Positions 22,982-34,485 of a stretch of 38,606 nucleotides of DNA are shown piece after piece (position 1 is the first letter of the stretch; each line of letters opens with the position of its first letter). Below the pieces are notes generated by a model. It was not told the DNA's origin. It ran no database searches and was given only the letters and a program-made list of their open reading frames with translations. Where the stretch lies: assembly GCF_001194135.2 (NCBI RefSeq), contig NC_068994.1:43911694-43950299 (forward strand), in the 5' to 3' direction. This DNA is from Octopus bimaculoides (lineage: Eukaryota). The position numbers and the translations under genes are program-made.

Positions 22982-23640
22982 NNNNNNNNNNNNNNNNNNN
23001 NNNNNNNNNNNNNNNNNNNNNNNNNNNNNNNNNNNNNNNNNNNNNNNNNNNNNNNNNNNNNNNNNNNNNNNNNNNNNNNNNNNNNNNNNNNNNNNNNNNN
23101 NNNNNNNNNNNNNNNNNNNNNNNNNNNNNNNNNNNNNNNNNNNNNNNNNNNNNNNNNNNNNNNNNNNNNNNNNNNNNNNNNNNNNNNNNNNNNNNNNNNN
23201 NNNNNNNNNNNNNNNNNNNNNNNNNNNNNNNNNNNNNNNNNNNNNNNNNNNNNNNNNNNNNNNNNNNNNNNNNNNNNNNNNNNNNNNNNNNNNNNNNNNN
23301 NNNNNNNNNNNNNNNNNNNNATCGACACGTGTCGATAAGCCAGCTGGAGGAGATGTCCTCCTGGGGCTAAAAGCAACAGTAACATCCACCCCTAGGGGTC
23401 AGCCACACTTAAGTGGCAATATACTACACTTTATCGTGCAGTTACTGTTAATACTTCATTTAGAGAATTAACATTACATATATATAGTTATATACATAAA
23501 AAATATACACACATAAATGCATGCACACACACACACATACATACATATGATGGGCTTCTTTCAGTTTCCATCCATTAAGTCCACTTACAAGGCATTTGGT
23601 AGGCCCAAAGCTATAGCAGAAGACACTTACCCACAGTGGG
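22688..23640 (-). mobile_element. SINE family A pieces (tail 22688-22915, head 23545-23640) around a microsatellite and gap
   Basis: TTTTACTTGTTTCAGTCATTTGACTGTGGCCATG tail; GATGGGCTTCTTTCAGTTTCC...AGAAGACACTTACCC head. They may be separate copies. Confidence 0.6.
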
Positions 23641-24124
23641 AGTAGAAATTATTTTATTATTCTTTCCTCCAAGTTTAATATAAAAGAAAGAACAGATCAA
23701 GAATATTTTTAAGTTGATTCAAATGGCTCTACTTTTCTTCACAAAATCTTTTTCATCATGTCTGATTTTAAGAAATCATTATAGCACATCTTATGAATAT
23801 ACCAGCAGAAATAACAAAACTGGTGAAAAAACAAAATCAGCCTAGATTTTACTACATATAGTCTGATATTTTACTGCCCTGAGTTCAACTTCCACTGAGA
23901 TTGCAGTGTGGTGATCACTAAAATAAATACAAAGACCAGATTTCCCTGCCTCTCATCAGTTTTTGGAGGACCTGCAAAAATGTTATGAGTCCTGTCCTAA
24001 GTTACAAAAGAAAAATGATACATTTGTGCATACATGCATACATATAAGCAACATGTATATATATATTCTTTTACACATTTCAGCCCTAAAGCTATAGCCA
24101 TGCATTTGTATGTGTGTGAGTATA

Positions 24125-24206
<82 letters not shown>

Positions 24207-24211
24207 CACAC

Positions 24212-24260
<49 letters not shown>

Positions 24261-24340
24261 CCTACATATATATACACACATATATAGAGATATATACACA
24301 TATATATACATACACAAATATATATATATATACATGTATG

Positions 24341-24413
<73 letters not shown>

Positions 24414-24753
24414 NNNNNNNNNNNNNNNNNNNNNNNNNNNNNNNNNNNNNNNNNNNNNNNNNNNNNNNNNNNNNNNNNNNNNNNNNNNNNNNNNNNNNNN
24501 NNNNNNNNNNNNNNNNNNNNNNNNNNNNNNNNNNNNNNNNNNNNNNNNNNNNNNNNNNNNNNNNNNNNNNNNNNNNNNNNNNNNNNNNNNNNNNNNNNNN
24601 NNNNNNNNNNNNNNNNNNNNNNNNNNNNNNNNNNNNNNNNNNNNNNNNNNNNNNNNNNNNNNNNNNNNNNNNNNNNNNNNNNNNNNNNNNNNNNNNNNNN
24701 NNNNNNNNNNNNNNNNNNNNNNNNNNNNNNNNNNNNNNNNNNNNNNNNNNNNN

Positions 24754-24785
<32 letters not shown>

Positions 24786-25545
24786 TCCAAAATCAGTGTC
24801 CATTGAGGATATTATATACTCAGAAAAAGAAATATATCAGTCCAGAGAAATTAGGTAAACATTGATTTGCTTACACAGATGATATCCAAATTCAATGATA
24901 TTTGTATTTATATATTGTATTATCAGCAGTTATGGGGGATCAATTTCTTCTCTTTTGTTTTTGTTTTTGTTTTTTTGTCTTTGTTGTTTTTTTTTTAATT
25001 TTTATTTTGTTTAATTTCATAAAATCAATTTCTTTGATTTAGTGAATAGTCTGTCTTTATTGTCCTAAGTAAATGTAAATATACCTGCATGGATCTATGT
25101 CCATCCAATTCCATCAACATATTTGTTTTATGTCAATCTGTGTGAGTGCCTCATCATCACCATCTCACCACCACCATCATCATCGTCATCATCGTCGTCG
25201 TCGTCATCATCATCATCTCAGCATTGATATTATATTGGCCAATGTCTTAAAACATTTCTTCAGTTTCTTTTAAACAAAGTAGTTTAACCGAATCACCTGT
25301 TTTTTGTTCTAATATTTGATGGCAATAATAGATTATGGTCTATTATTTCTTCTCAATGCTTAAATAAACTTTCAGTTTGTACAAATGTCAAATTTCAGCA
25401 GAAATCATTCAATAAAAATGAAATATTTTCAACATTTTGCTTCTTGGTTCACTAAGTAACACATGAACCTCAAAATCCTGTTGTTTTATTGTATTTTCTT
25501 TTCTCATTTCTTTTCTTGTCGCTGTTGTTGTTTTTGTTGTTGTTG

Positions 25546-25579
<34 letters not shown>

Positions 25580-26272
25580 CATTTTTTTTCTTTCTTTCTT
25601 TTTTTATCTTTTTGCATTACTTTCAGTTTTCTCCTTTGATGGCGATAATTTTGATAGCCATCTTGACTTCAACTTCTAGATATGATTTCTTTGAACAAAG
25701 AAAGTGAAATCGTATCTAAGTTCTGTTTTCTTTTCAGTTCCTTACTTCCATGAAATAAAGTTTACCACATACCACTTCTATTCTAAACTGACTCCCCTAC
25801 ACTGTGAGAGGCAGCACATCTTAACAGACCTGCAGGTCTCAATGTTTTGTTGTTGTGTCCTGTGATTACTGTTTAGCATTTGTCTCTTGGCATAGCTGCT
25901 TCTCAAAAATAAGGGGCTTTTCTGGTTGGCAATGGTAGAACTAAAAGTAAAAAAAAAAAATAAATAAATAATCAAAATCCTTCAAGAAAATCTCAGATTC
26001 CATAATTGAAGAAATCAGTGTGTAATACTGATACAAAAAAATATTCATTTCACTTCCTAATAGTATTGCTTACTTCGTTCAAATGTTTAACATCTGATGG
26101 GTAATATTTTAATTTCCATATTTCTTTACGAGGTAAATATAAAACATATTACTCCTTTCTTAAGCTCAACAAATTTTGTAAATGTAAATTTTAGAACAAA
26201 AACATAAAATATTCTTAAATAAAACAGAATGCAAAGAAACAAAAATTCATAAAGCATATCAGGCAACATTAA

Positions 26273-26495
26273 CCCTTTCATTACCATATTTTATTTTAAG
26301 ATGCTCTGTGTCTCTTTTAATTAATTCTGAATATAACAAAGAATTTAGTAAAATAATTTAGTTATCATTAAGCTAGTGTTAGGAAGATAAATTGTGACTA
26401 AGGTTTGGTGGAAGATTTTAATTCAGAACTTATAAAAACAAGACATTTATATTACAGAGTCAGAGGTGGTTTCAGCCAGGTTGGTATCAAAAGGG
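26273..26495. mobile_element. piggyBac-type MITE, second family, copy 1
   Basis: TTAA|CCCTTTC ... AAAAGGG|TTAG. Confidence 0.85.
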
Positions 26496-26515
26496 TTAGA
26501 TTAATCATTTGTTAA

Positions 26516-26737
26516 CCCTTTCATGGCCATATTTATTTTGAGATGCTCTGTGTCTCTTTCAATTATTTTTAAATATAACAAAGAATTTAGTAAAATAACT
26601 TAGTTATCATTAAGATAGTGATAGGAACATAAATTGTGACTAAGGTTTGGTGGAAGATTTTAATTCAAAACTTATGAAAACAAGACATTTGTACTGCAGA
26701 GCCAGAGGCAGTTTCAGCTGGGTTGGTATTGAAAAGG
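26516..26737. mobile_element. piggyBac-type MITE, second family, copy 2 (tandem)
   Basis: TTAA|CCCTTTC ... GAAAAGG|TTAA; co-linear with copy 1 with many substitutions. Confidence 0.85.
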
Positions 26738-26759
26738 TTAAAATGAATTGTGACATATT

Positions 26760-27000
26760 TGGCATGACAGTCTGTTTGCTAAACCACCATACAAGAAACA
26801 TTGTTTATTACTTGTCTTCTGTGAGAAACATGACTAACCACAGGTAAGTATTACCATGCTGAGAAGCAGGTGAGAGTGTGTGACAGGAAAGGTAGCTAGC
26901 CATATGAAATCTGCCTCAACAATGTTCATCTAACCCATGCAAGCATGGAAAAGTGAACATTAAAACAACGATGATGATGATGATGATGATGATAATGACA
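26760..27000 (+). mobile_element. Retroposon family C with (GAT)n tail
   Basis: GCAGGTGAG...GACAGGAAAGG...AATCTGCCTCA...CCCATGCAAGCATGGAAAAGTG..(GAT)n. Confidence 0.7.
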
Positions 27001-28022
27001 TTACAGGATAGGGATAGCAACACAATATATTAAATCATTTTATACATCTAAGACTGGGATTCACAGCTAAAACACTGTAGTCATAATTCCTGCCAAGAAA
27101 TTTTCTATGAATTATCAGTGTGTCAACATGTTTTTAGTCTCAGCAAAAACGATCAGAAATTCCTGAATCTCCTTCATTTGGATGATTCCAGAAATAACAA
27201 TCTTGGAACTAAAGAAATATTTTGATGAATAAAGACTTTTATTCAATTATTTATTAAACAAAACCATTCTTAACTTACTGATACTGGATTCAGTTGCTTA
27301 AACATTCTTCCGTTAACTATTCACAGAAATAGATATCATTTATTATTTATCAATCTAAATATCTTTACAAATATATTCTACAATTTTATTATAGTGAAGC
27401 TATAAAATATTTTATAGTGAAGCTTTAAAATATTTTATAGCATCAATTCTATTTGGGTTAATTTCTATCATACATCTGTGGATTACTAAAGTTGTAGCAT
27501 ATTTGAGAAAAGTGGTTACTTTTGGCTATACATGATATCTACCTCTGCAAAAAGCAAGTAATGAAAAATGCTTAAATTATTTAGATGTACATTGAATTGC
27601 TTGCAGTTATAAGTATGTACAGTATTGAGATGTAAAAATAAGAGAAAGATTTGCCAAAGCAGTTGTCACAAAAGAATTCTTAAACGTTTCTATGTAAAGT
27701 AGTTTGTCTATTAAAATATTTTATTGATTATATTTTATATTATAACATTTGTGAACAATAACATCATTAGGTACAACTACCCAGTGGACCAAGCATTGGT
27801 TCACTGCATTTATGCCAGTGATAGTGATAAGGAGGTGTCAGTGTAACTCACAGCAGAACAATTATCACAAAGGATTCCGTTCATGAAGCCCAAAATTTTC
27901 AGGTTGCTCCCTGATGTTTACATCTTTCACTGATATACATTAACAATATGTGTGTGTGTGTGTGTGCGTGTGCGTGCGTTCGTGTGTGTGTGTGTCTATG
28001 TATGTATGTGTGTGTCTGTAGA

Positions 28023-28071
<49 letters not shown>

Positions 28072-28160
28072 AGTTAATAAATGTTTATTATCAACAACAA
28101 ATAAATCATAATCCCTTACAGCTGTTTCAATTAATAATCAGTGAATTAATTAAATATTAA

Positions 28161-28602
28161 TCGCAGAATAATGCTAATAATATAGCCTGAACTACCCCTA
28201 TTTTGCAGAGAAAAGTGTAGGTGGCTAACTTTCTAAGACATCTCAACACTTCTAAAAGCAAACTTTGTTTGTTTATTTACATTTGTCGTAATTTGAATTT
28301 AACATATGAGAGCGTCTCATAAAGCGAGATTTATATATCTTAAATTTGCAGAGGAATTTGTAGTGGGTAGTTTAGCTTAATCAGTCAAAGCATCGTGACG
28401 TGTAATCACGGGGATGTGAGTTCGTGTCCACAGCTAGCCACCTACACTTTTCTCTGCAAAATGGGGGTAGTTTATCCTGTTCAGGCTATATTATTACCAT
28501 TATTCTGCGAGAATTTAAAATCACTTCTTTAACTTTCTAAGACATCTCAACGCTTCTAGAAGCAAACTTTGTTTGTTTATTTACGTCTGTCGTAATTTGA
28601 AT
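28161..28602 (+). mobile_element. Composite tRNA-containing insertion with inverted and direct repeats
   Basis: 28161-28227 is an inverted copy of 28433-28511; 28226-28302 is directly repeated at 28530-28606; TTAATTAAATATTAA flanks at 28146-28160 and 28603-28617. Confidence 0.8.
28366..28440 (+). pseudogene. tRNA-Thr(TGT)-like sequence (SINE head or pseudogene, not a functional tRNA)
   Basis: D arm GCTT/AAGC, perfect anticodon stem CGTGA/TCACG around loop CG-TGT-AA, and GAGTTCG in the T loop. Acceptor and T stems each need a 1-nt gap, and U33 is absent. Confidence 0.6.
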
Positions 28603-28629
28603 TTAATTAAATATTAAATTCATATACTC

Positions 28630-29343
28630 TGAGCATAATATTGTCAGGGGAAAAATGGAGGCGGAAACCTTTAGGGATGAGGCGGTGATGTAAGCAGCGA
28701 CTGAGAAACGTAATGTGACTAGAAAAACGAGTTTTCTTTAATGTGAGTAAGGAGAGTCATATAGTAGGTTGAAAGTATTGAGAGGGAAGTGTGCGGAGAT
28801 ATAGTTTAAGGCGGTTGTGGAGAGTGAGTGGAAAGATTTGTAGTCAGGCATGATGGGACGAGAGAGAGAAAAGAAACAAACACGTGAGGAAAAAATTAGA
28901 CGTGGGAAGGAGAATTACAAAAGGTGTGGTGGAAAAAAGATACAAGCGTAATGAGAAAATTAGACGTGGGAAGAAAAAATTACAGAAGGTGTGGGGGGGG
29001 AATAAAGGCGTAAGGAGAAAAAATGAAAAAGGAATTGTGAGAAGAAAATATATGTGAGGTGGGAGAAAAAAACAAAGCAAAAAGAAAAGAGGGTCAAGGG
29101 CTAAGGGCCAAGAGTCAGGGACCAAGGGCCAAAGGTCAGGGGTCAAGGGCCAAGGGTCAGGGGCCAAGAAGCTTTCGGTGCAGGGATGGTCACCCTTCGA
29201 AGTGCCACCCTCTAACTGTGTCATAGGTCTCCCCAGATGTGCCACTCAGTATGTGCCACCCTCGGAAGTGCCACCCTCTAACTGTGCCATAGGGCTCCCC
29301 AGATGTGCCACCCTCGGAAGTGCGACCCTCTAACTGTGCCATA
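28630..29343. repeat. Unclassified CpG-retaining, purine/G-rich repeat with internal arrays
   Basis: Duplicated AAATTAGACGTGGGAAG unit (~28894, ~28958), a 7-bp GG(T/C)CAAG array at 29092-29168, and a GTGCCACCC array at 29188-29343. Confidence 0.55.
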
Positions 29344-29481
29344 TACGTCATGATCACCAGCATTCTCTCTCACACACACACACACACACACAGCTCCTCG
29401 TATTTGGGTCACCGTTTCTTTCCCCTTTTGTTATCTCCCCTTTTTCTTAGCTCTCCTGTGTGAACTTTCTCTACGGCAGTC

Positions 29482-29670
29482 GCCATGATAGATCGCTGAC
29501 CAAAACATTCAATTTTTTTCTCCTTGTTTTCTCCTTATTTCTTTCTTGTTGAAGAGCGTAGCCTCGAAACGTTAAAGACTTTCTCTATTCCCGAGTGTTA
29601 AACTAATACATCCTTTTGTTGTTTACACCACCTGTCCTCTTCTGTTGTTGTTTGTTTCGTAAATTCTCCC

Positions 29671-29672
<2 letters not shown>
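29482..29672 (+). mobile_element. Second hammerhead-bearing repeat family (probable Penelope-like terminal repeat), copy 1
   Basis: Homologous to 31901-32092; contains TTGTTGA A GAGC GTAG CCTC GAAAC GTT AAAGA at about 29539-29578; ends in (TA)n. Confidence 0.65.
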
Positions 29673-29704
<32 letters not shown>

Positions 29705-29716
29705 GCATGTATATTC

Positions 29717-29864
29717 AATGGGTTTGTTTCAGTTTCCAATCTACCAAATCCATTCATAAGGTTTTGCTCATAGACTCTTGCCCATATTGCCATGCAGTAG
29801 GACTGAACCTGGAACCATGAGGTTGGGAAGCAAACTTCTAAAACACACAACTATACCTGCGCCT
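29717..29864 (-). mobile_element. SINE family A head
   Basis: TTTCAGTTTCC.ATCTACCAAATCC...GGACTGAACCTGGAACCATG.GGTTGGGAAGCAA...CCTGCGCCT on +. Confidence 0.8.
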
Positions 29865-30634
29865 ATCTAGTTCACTATTTCATTTCTACTTTATTTATTA
29901 TGGCATGGTCCCAAACAGTTTATATGCTTTTAAGATCTTATCAGGACAAAGACTTAGCTATTTGTTAAGAATAGCATAGAAAAATGAGTTTATTAATCAG
30001 ATAGCTGTCTTCAATATCCCCATTTTATGACGTGTGACATTCTACTTTTCAAACCATTTCCCATATTTAATTGTTATAGCAAGATAAGCATATTTCATGT
30101 CAGCCACAAGAAACAAATCAACAATAACAAAAATCACTGAACAATTTCACAATGGTGCTGGGAGCAAAGCCAAAAATACCGAGGGACAATACCATTGCTT
30201 TCTAAACAGCAACAGCATAAACCAAATACACACACATATATATATACGTATATAATATAAATTACAGACTAAATACAGTAATAGAATTTCTTTCTTTTTT
30301 TTTTGAGTGTTTTTTGTTTTATTTTATTTTTTTTAATTTTGTTATCCGTTATATATTATTCAATTTGGTATAAAGTTATCGCGTATTTGATAAAAATTAA
30401 TTTCGATTTCTTTTGACAGGTCACTATGAAATAGGTGATTAGTCAAAAGTTATAAAGTTATTGCTTTTATTGACCCCAGCAGAGGAGAGGATTTTGAAAG
30501 GATTTGAACCTGAGGGAATAGTAGTAGAATATTATAATAGCTAAATGGAATAAACTAGAATCTTCTACAGAATCTATTCAAATCTATAAACGAGCGGTTT
30601 AACATCTTTTAATCTTCATCGTTAATTGTTTACC

Positions 30635-31010
30635 TTTTACTAGACTGCGACCATGCTGGGGAGCCCTATGGCACACTTACGAAGTTGGCACTTCCTGAGT
30701 GGCACATCTGGGGAGCCCTATGGCACACTTACGAGGGTGGCACATCGGAGGGTGTCACTTCCTGGGTGGCACATCTGGGGAGCCATATGGCACACTTACG
30801 AAGGCACATCCTGAATGGCACATCTTGAAAGATTTTTCGTCTAATGAGTCGACCCTACTAATTATTTCTGAGCCTGGTACTTATTTTATTTGTCTCTATT
30901 GCCAAACTGCTAAGTTACAGGGACATAAATAAATCAGTACAAATTGTCAAGCAGGGGGGGACTAACACAAACACAAAGACATACACACATACACATACAC
31001 ACACACACAC
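30635..31010 (-). mobile_element. SINE family A 3' half interrupted by a GGCAC array (30658-30825)
   Basis: GACTGCGACCATGCTGG, then the array, then CTTGAAAG...CTGGTACTTATT...GTTGTCAAGCAG-like sequence. Confidence 0.75.
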
Positions 31011-31496
31011 ATACACACACATACACACACACACACATATATAGTTTCAGGTTCAGTCCCACCACATGGTACCTTGGGCAAGTGTCTTCATTTAAAGCCT
31101 GGGCTAACCAAAGCTTTGTGAGTGGATTTGGTAAACAGAAAACCCCCAAATCCCTTTGTATATAAATATGTGCTTGTGTGTGTGTGTGTGTGTGTTTATA
31201 TATATATACATGTGAGTGTGTGTGTGTGTGTGTGAATGTATACATGCATATGTGTGTATGTGTGTGTGTATCTATATATGTGCATGTGTATGTGTGAATG
31301 TTTACACATGTATATGTGTCTATATTTGTGTGTATGTGTGCGTGAATGTATACATGTGTATGTGTGCTTGTGTGTGCACGTCTATATATATGTGTATGTG
31401 CATGTGTGAATGTATACGTGTGTATGTGTGTCTATATATGTATGCGTGTGTGTGAATGAATACATGTGTGTGCGTGTGCGCATGTGTATGTGTGTT

Positions 31497-31527
<31 letters not shown>

Positions 31528-31549
31528 TTTACTGTAAAATAATCATCTC

Positions 31550-31750
31550 TGCCATGCAAGCAGTGTCCCTCATTTTCCAATCTTCCTCGAAACATGTCTG
31601 GTCATGGGGAAATAATATTTACATCACTTACAAACAAGTGAAAGGTGGTGACAAGACAGGCATCCAGCCATAGAAAAATCTGCATCAACAAATTCTGTCT
31701 GAACCATTCAAGCATGGAAAAATAAAACAGTAAAACAATGAAGATGATTA
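31550..31750 (+). mobile_element. Retroposon family C
   Basis: ACATGTCTGGTCATGGGGAAATA...GGCATCCAGCCATAGAAAAATCTGC...AAGCATGGAAAA. Confidence 0.7.
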
Positions 31751-31764
31751 CAATATATCTTTTA

Positions 31765-32262
31765 TATTTTACTTGATTCAGTTGTTTGACTGCGGCCATG
31801 CTGGAGTACCACCTTGAAGGATTTTAGTTGAACAAATCGACTTAGGACCAAGTACTTATTCTATTGATCTCTTTTGCTGAACTGTGATATATATATATTC
31901 ACCATGATAGATCACTAGCCACTAAACCTTTTTCTATTTTCTCTCCCTGTTTATTTCTGTGTTCCTTTCTGTCAAAGAGCATAGGCTCGAAAAGTAAAAG
32001 ACTTTTTCACTTCCCGAGCTTTAAACTAATACATCTGTTTTTTGTTTACACACCCGTCTTTGTCTTTTGAATTTTTTGTAAATATTCATTACATATATAT
32101 ATATGATGGGCTTCTTTCAGTTTCTGTCTACCAAATCCACTCACAAAACTTTGGTTGGCCCAAGGCTATAGTAGAAGACACTTACCCAAGGTGCCATGCA
32201 ATGGATCTGAACCCAAAACCATATGTTTAGGAAGCAAGCTTTTTACCACAAAGCCATGCCTG
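31765..32262 (-). mobile_element. SINE family A with a nested hammerhead-bearing repeat
   Basis: Tail at 31765-31885, insert at 31901-32092, head at 32103-32262. Confidence 0.75.
31901..32092 (+). mobile_element. Second hammerhead-bearing repeat family, copy 2
   Basis: CCTTT CTGTCAA A GAGC ATAG GCTC GAAAA GTA AAAG at about 31964-32001; (TA)n on both sides. Confidence 0.65.
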
Positions 32263-32317
32263 CACACACACACACACACACACACAGATATATATATATA
32301 TATATATATATATAAAC

Positions 32318-32363
32318 AAAACTGTCAGACGAACGAGAACGTGAAACTCTGAGTAACAGTTTT
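32318..32363 (+). ncRNA. Type I hammerhead-like motif with one core substitution (third family)
   Basis: AAAACTGT CAGACGA ACG-AGAA-CGT GAAAC TCTGA GTA ACAGTTTT gives 8-bp stem I, 3-bp stem II, 2-bp stem III and a GUA site; the core has A in place of U4. Confidence 0.72.
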
Positions 32364-32461
32364 TGTAATAGTTCTGCTGCTTTTTAATAAAGCATATTAC
32401 TCTACCTCTGGTATTCGAGTACTATTTTTTTCCACCTTGTTTTGCATCTATGTGCTTACTC

Positions 32462-32527
<66 letters not shown>

Positions 32528-32799
32528 GCACACACACAAAATATAAAGTAACGACTAAGTACTAGAGGTCAATTCAAATGCTTATACTAATCATTGTACC
32601 TGTGTTTGAAAACATATATCCATTAATAACAATCAACTTCTCTCATTCAAATTCAGAATGGCTGAAGATTAGCATCATGCTTGAAACTCAGAGTACCAAT
32701 GAATTTGAATAAAATTGTTTTGATGCATACATGTAACTCCCAATAAATTTGTTGAGTGCCCTTCTATCATTTGTCCAAACACACGTGCATATGTTCCAT

Positions 32800-32990
32800 A
32801 GGCACAGGTGTGGCTGTGTGGTAAGAAGCTTGCTTTTTAACTACATGGCTCTAGGTTCAGTCCCACTGTATGGCGCCTTGGTCAAGTGTTTTCTACTATA
32901 GTCTCAGGCTGACCAAAGCCTTGTGAGAGGATTTGGTAGGCATAAACTGAAAGAAGCTTGTCCTATATGTGTGTGTGTGTTTGTCCCCCT
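32800..32990 (+). mobile_element. SINE family A, 5' half
   Basis: GGTGTGGCTGTGTGGTAAGAAGCTTGC...GGTTCAGTCCCACTG..TGGCGCCTTGG.CAAGTG. Confidence 0.85.
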
Positions 32991-33031
32991 TATATGGTTC
33001 CATAAAGTTTCTGCCCACAAATTTTACACTC

Positions 33032-33188
33032 AAAGTATATGGTTAGCCCAATGTTCTTGTAAAGACATTTGCCAAAGTTGCCACAAATCAGAATCAAACC
33101 TGAAAACCTGTAGCTGCAAAACAAACCTCTTAACCACATAGCCAGTTCTACACCTCCTATTTATTAACTTTCATAATTCACTCAAAAC
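33032..33188 (+). repeat. 157-bp segment duplicated at 36907-37063 (source copy)
   Basis: I count 2 mismatches between the copies; the segment includes a degenerate SINE A head plus unique flank. Confidence 0.9.
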
Positions 33189-34485
33189 ATTTGAATTTCA
33201 AACACCTCATGAACAAAATATAAAATAAGCTTAAAATTATTTTGCATTTTTTACTCTGAAATTGTAGATTGTATATGCATATGTGTATATCAGTATGTGT
33301 ATATATGTATGTCTACGAGTATGTCGGTGTTTGTATGTCATTATGTGTATGCCTATATGTGTGTCTATGTATATGTCTGTATATTTGTATATTTTTGTCT
33401 GTGTGTGTATGTATGTGTATGTCTATGTGTGTGCGTATTTTTCATGTCTGTATATGTTTGCTTATGTGAGTGTATATTTGTGTGTTTGTGTAAGTCTATG
33501 TATATTTATATGTATATATGAGTACATATGTATGCTTATGTATGTGTGTGTGTGTGAATGTGTCTATGTGTGTGTGTACTTATGGCTCTACACGTGAATG
33601 TGTACATTTATGTGAGCATACATTTGTATGGTTGAGTGTGTACATATGTATGTTTATATGTGTGTATATTTATATGTCTGCATGTATATGTATATGCATA
33701 TGTCTGTACATATGTTTGTGCATGAGTATGTCTGTAAGTGTTTGTTGCTCTATGTGTTGAAGGTGTCCTTTTTTTCATTCATTTATTTATTTATTTTTCC
33801 CCCCATTTTTATAACAATGCAGAATCTACAATCGATTCTGGCCCTTCACCATATTAATTTTCTGAAGTGTCACTTAAGAGCAGTCAAAATCTTTCCTTGG
33901 TATATTGGAAATTAATGTTTTAAAGATGATATTCTAACATTTCCAACTTTCTTCCAAAACTTGTTTAATTAATGATCTTCATTTTCCCTAATTAGTTTCA
34001 CTTATTTTCATTTGTCAATGTTGGCACCCTTAAGAAAACGTCTCTGGCAAGAGAAAAAAAAAGTAAAAGAAAAAAATCCATACTTTTCACAATTTTCACA
34101 ATTCTTTGTGGAGAACATTGTTAGTGAATAACTCATTGATCACTTTTACTTTCAGTCTCTCGCCTTCTTTGCTAAACAGAAGAGAGCAAGCTAATTCAGA
34201 CAGCAGCTTTAACAAAATACTTTCTTTCTGACATTAAACACCACGAATACAACAAAGTTTTGATGAAATCCATCTTATTAAACTTGACATTAGCAAAATA
34301 CTTGAGCAAATAAGATATATGAGTCCCCCATATAAGTTCCTTGATTGTATTGTAACAGTTAATAAGAATTGACTTGGTTATTATACAGTAACATCAACAA
34401 AGAGCCTTTACATGGTCTTTTGACCAGCCAGAAACAGCTCCAAAATTGCTCTCAGTCACTCTCAAAATACATAGTAATATCTTAA

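Noticed and set aside
28366-28440. Functional tRNA-Thr gene
   Set aside because: Acceptor and T stems need gaps, U33 is missing, and it sits inside a TSD-flanked repeat.
28844-29245. 133-aa ORF with WPL repeats, and the related ORF 30699-30932
   Set aside because: They are translations of the 7-bp and GTGCCA tandem arrays.
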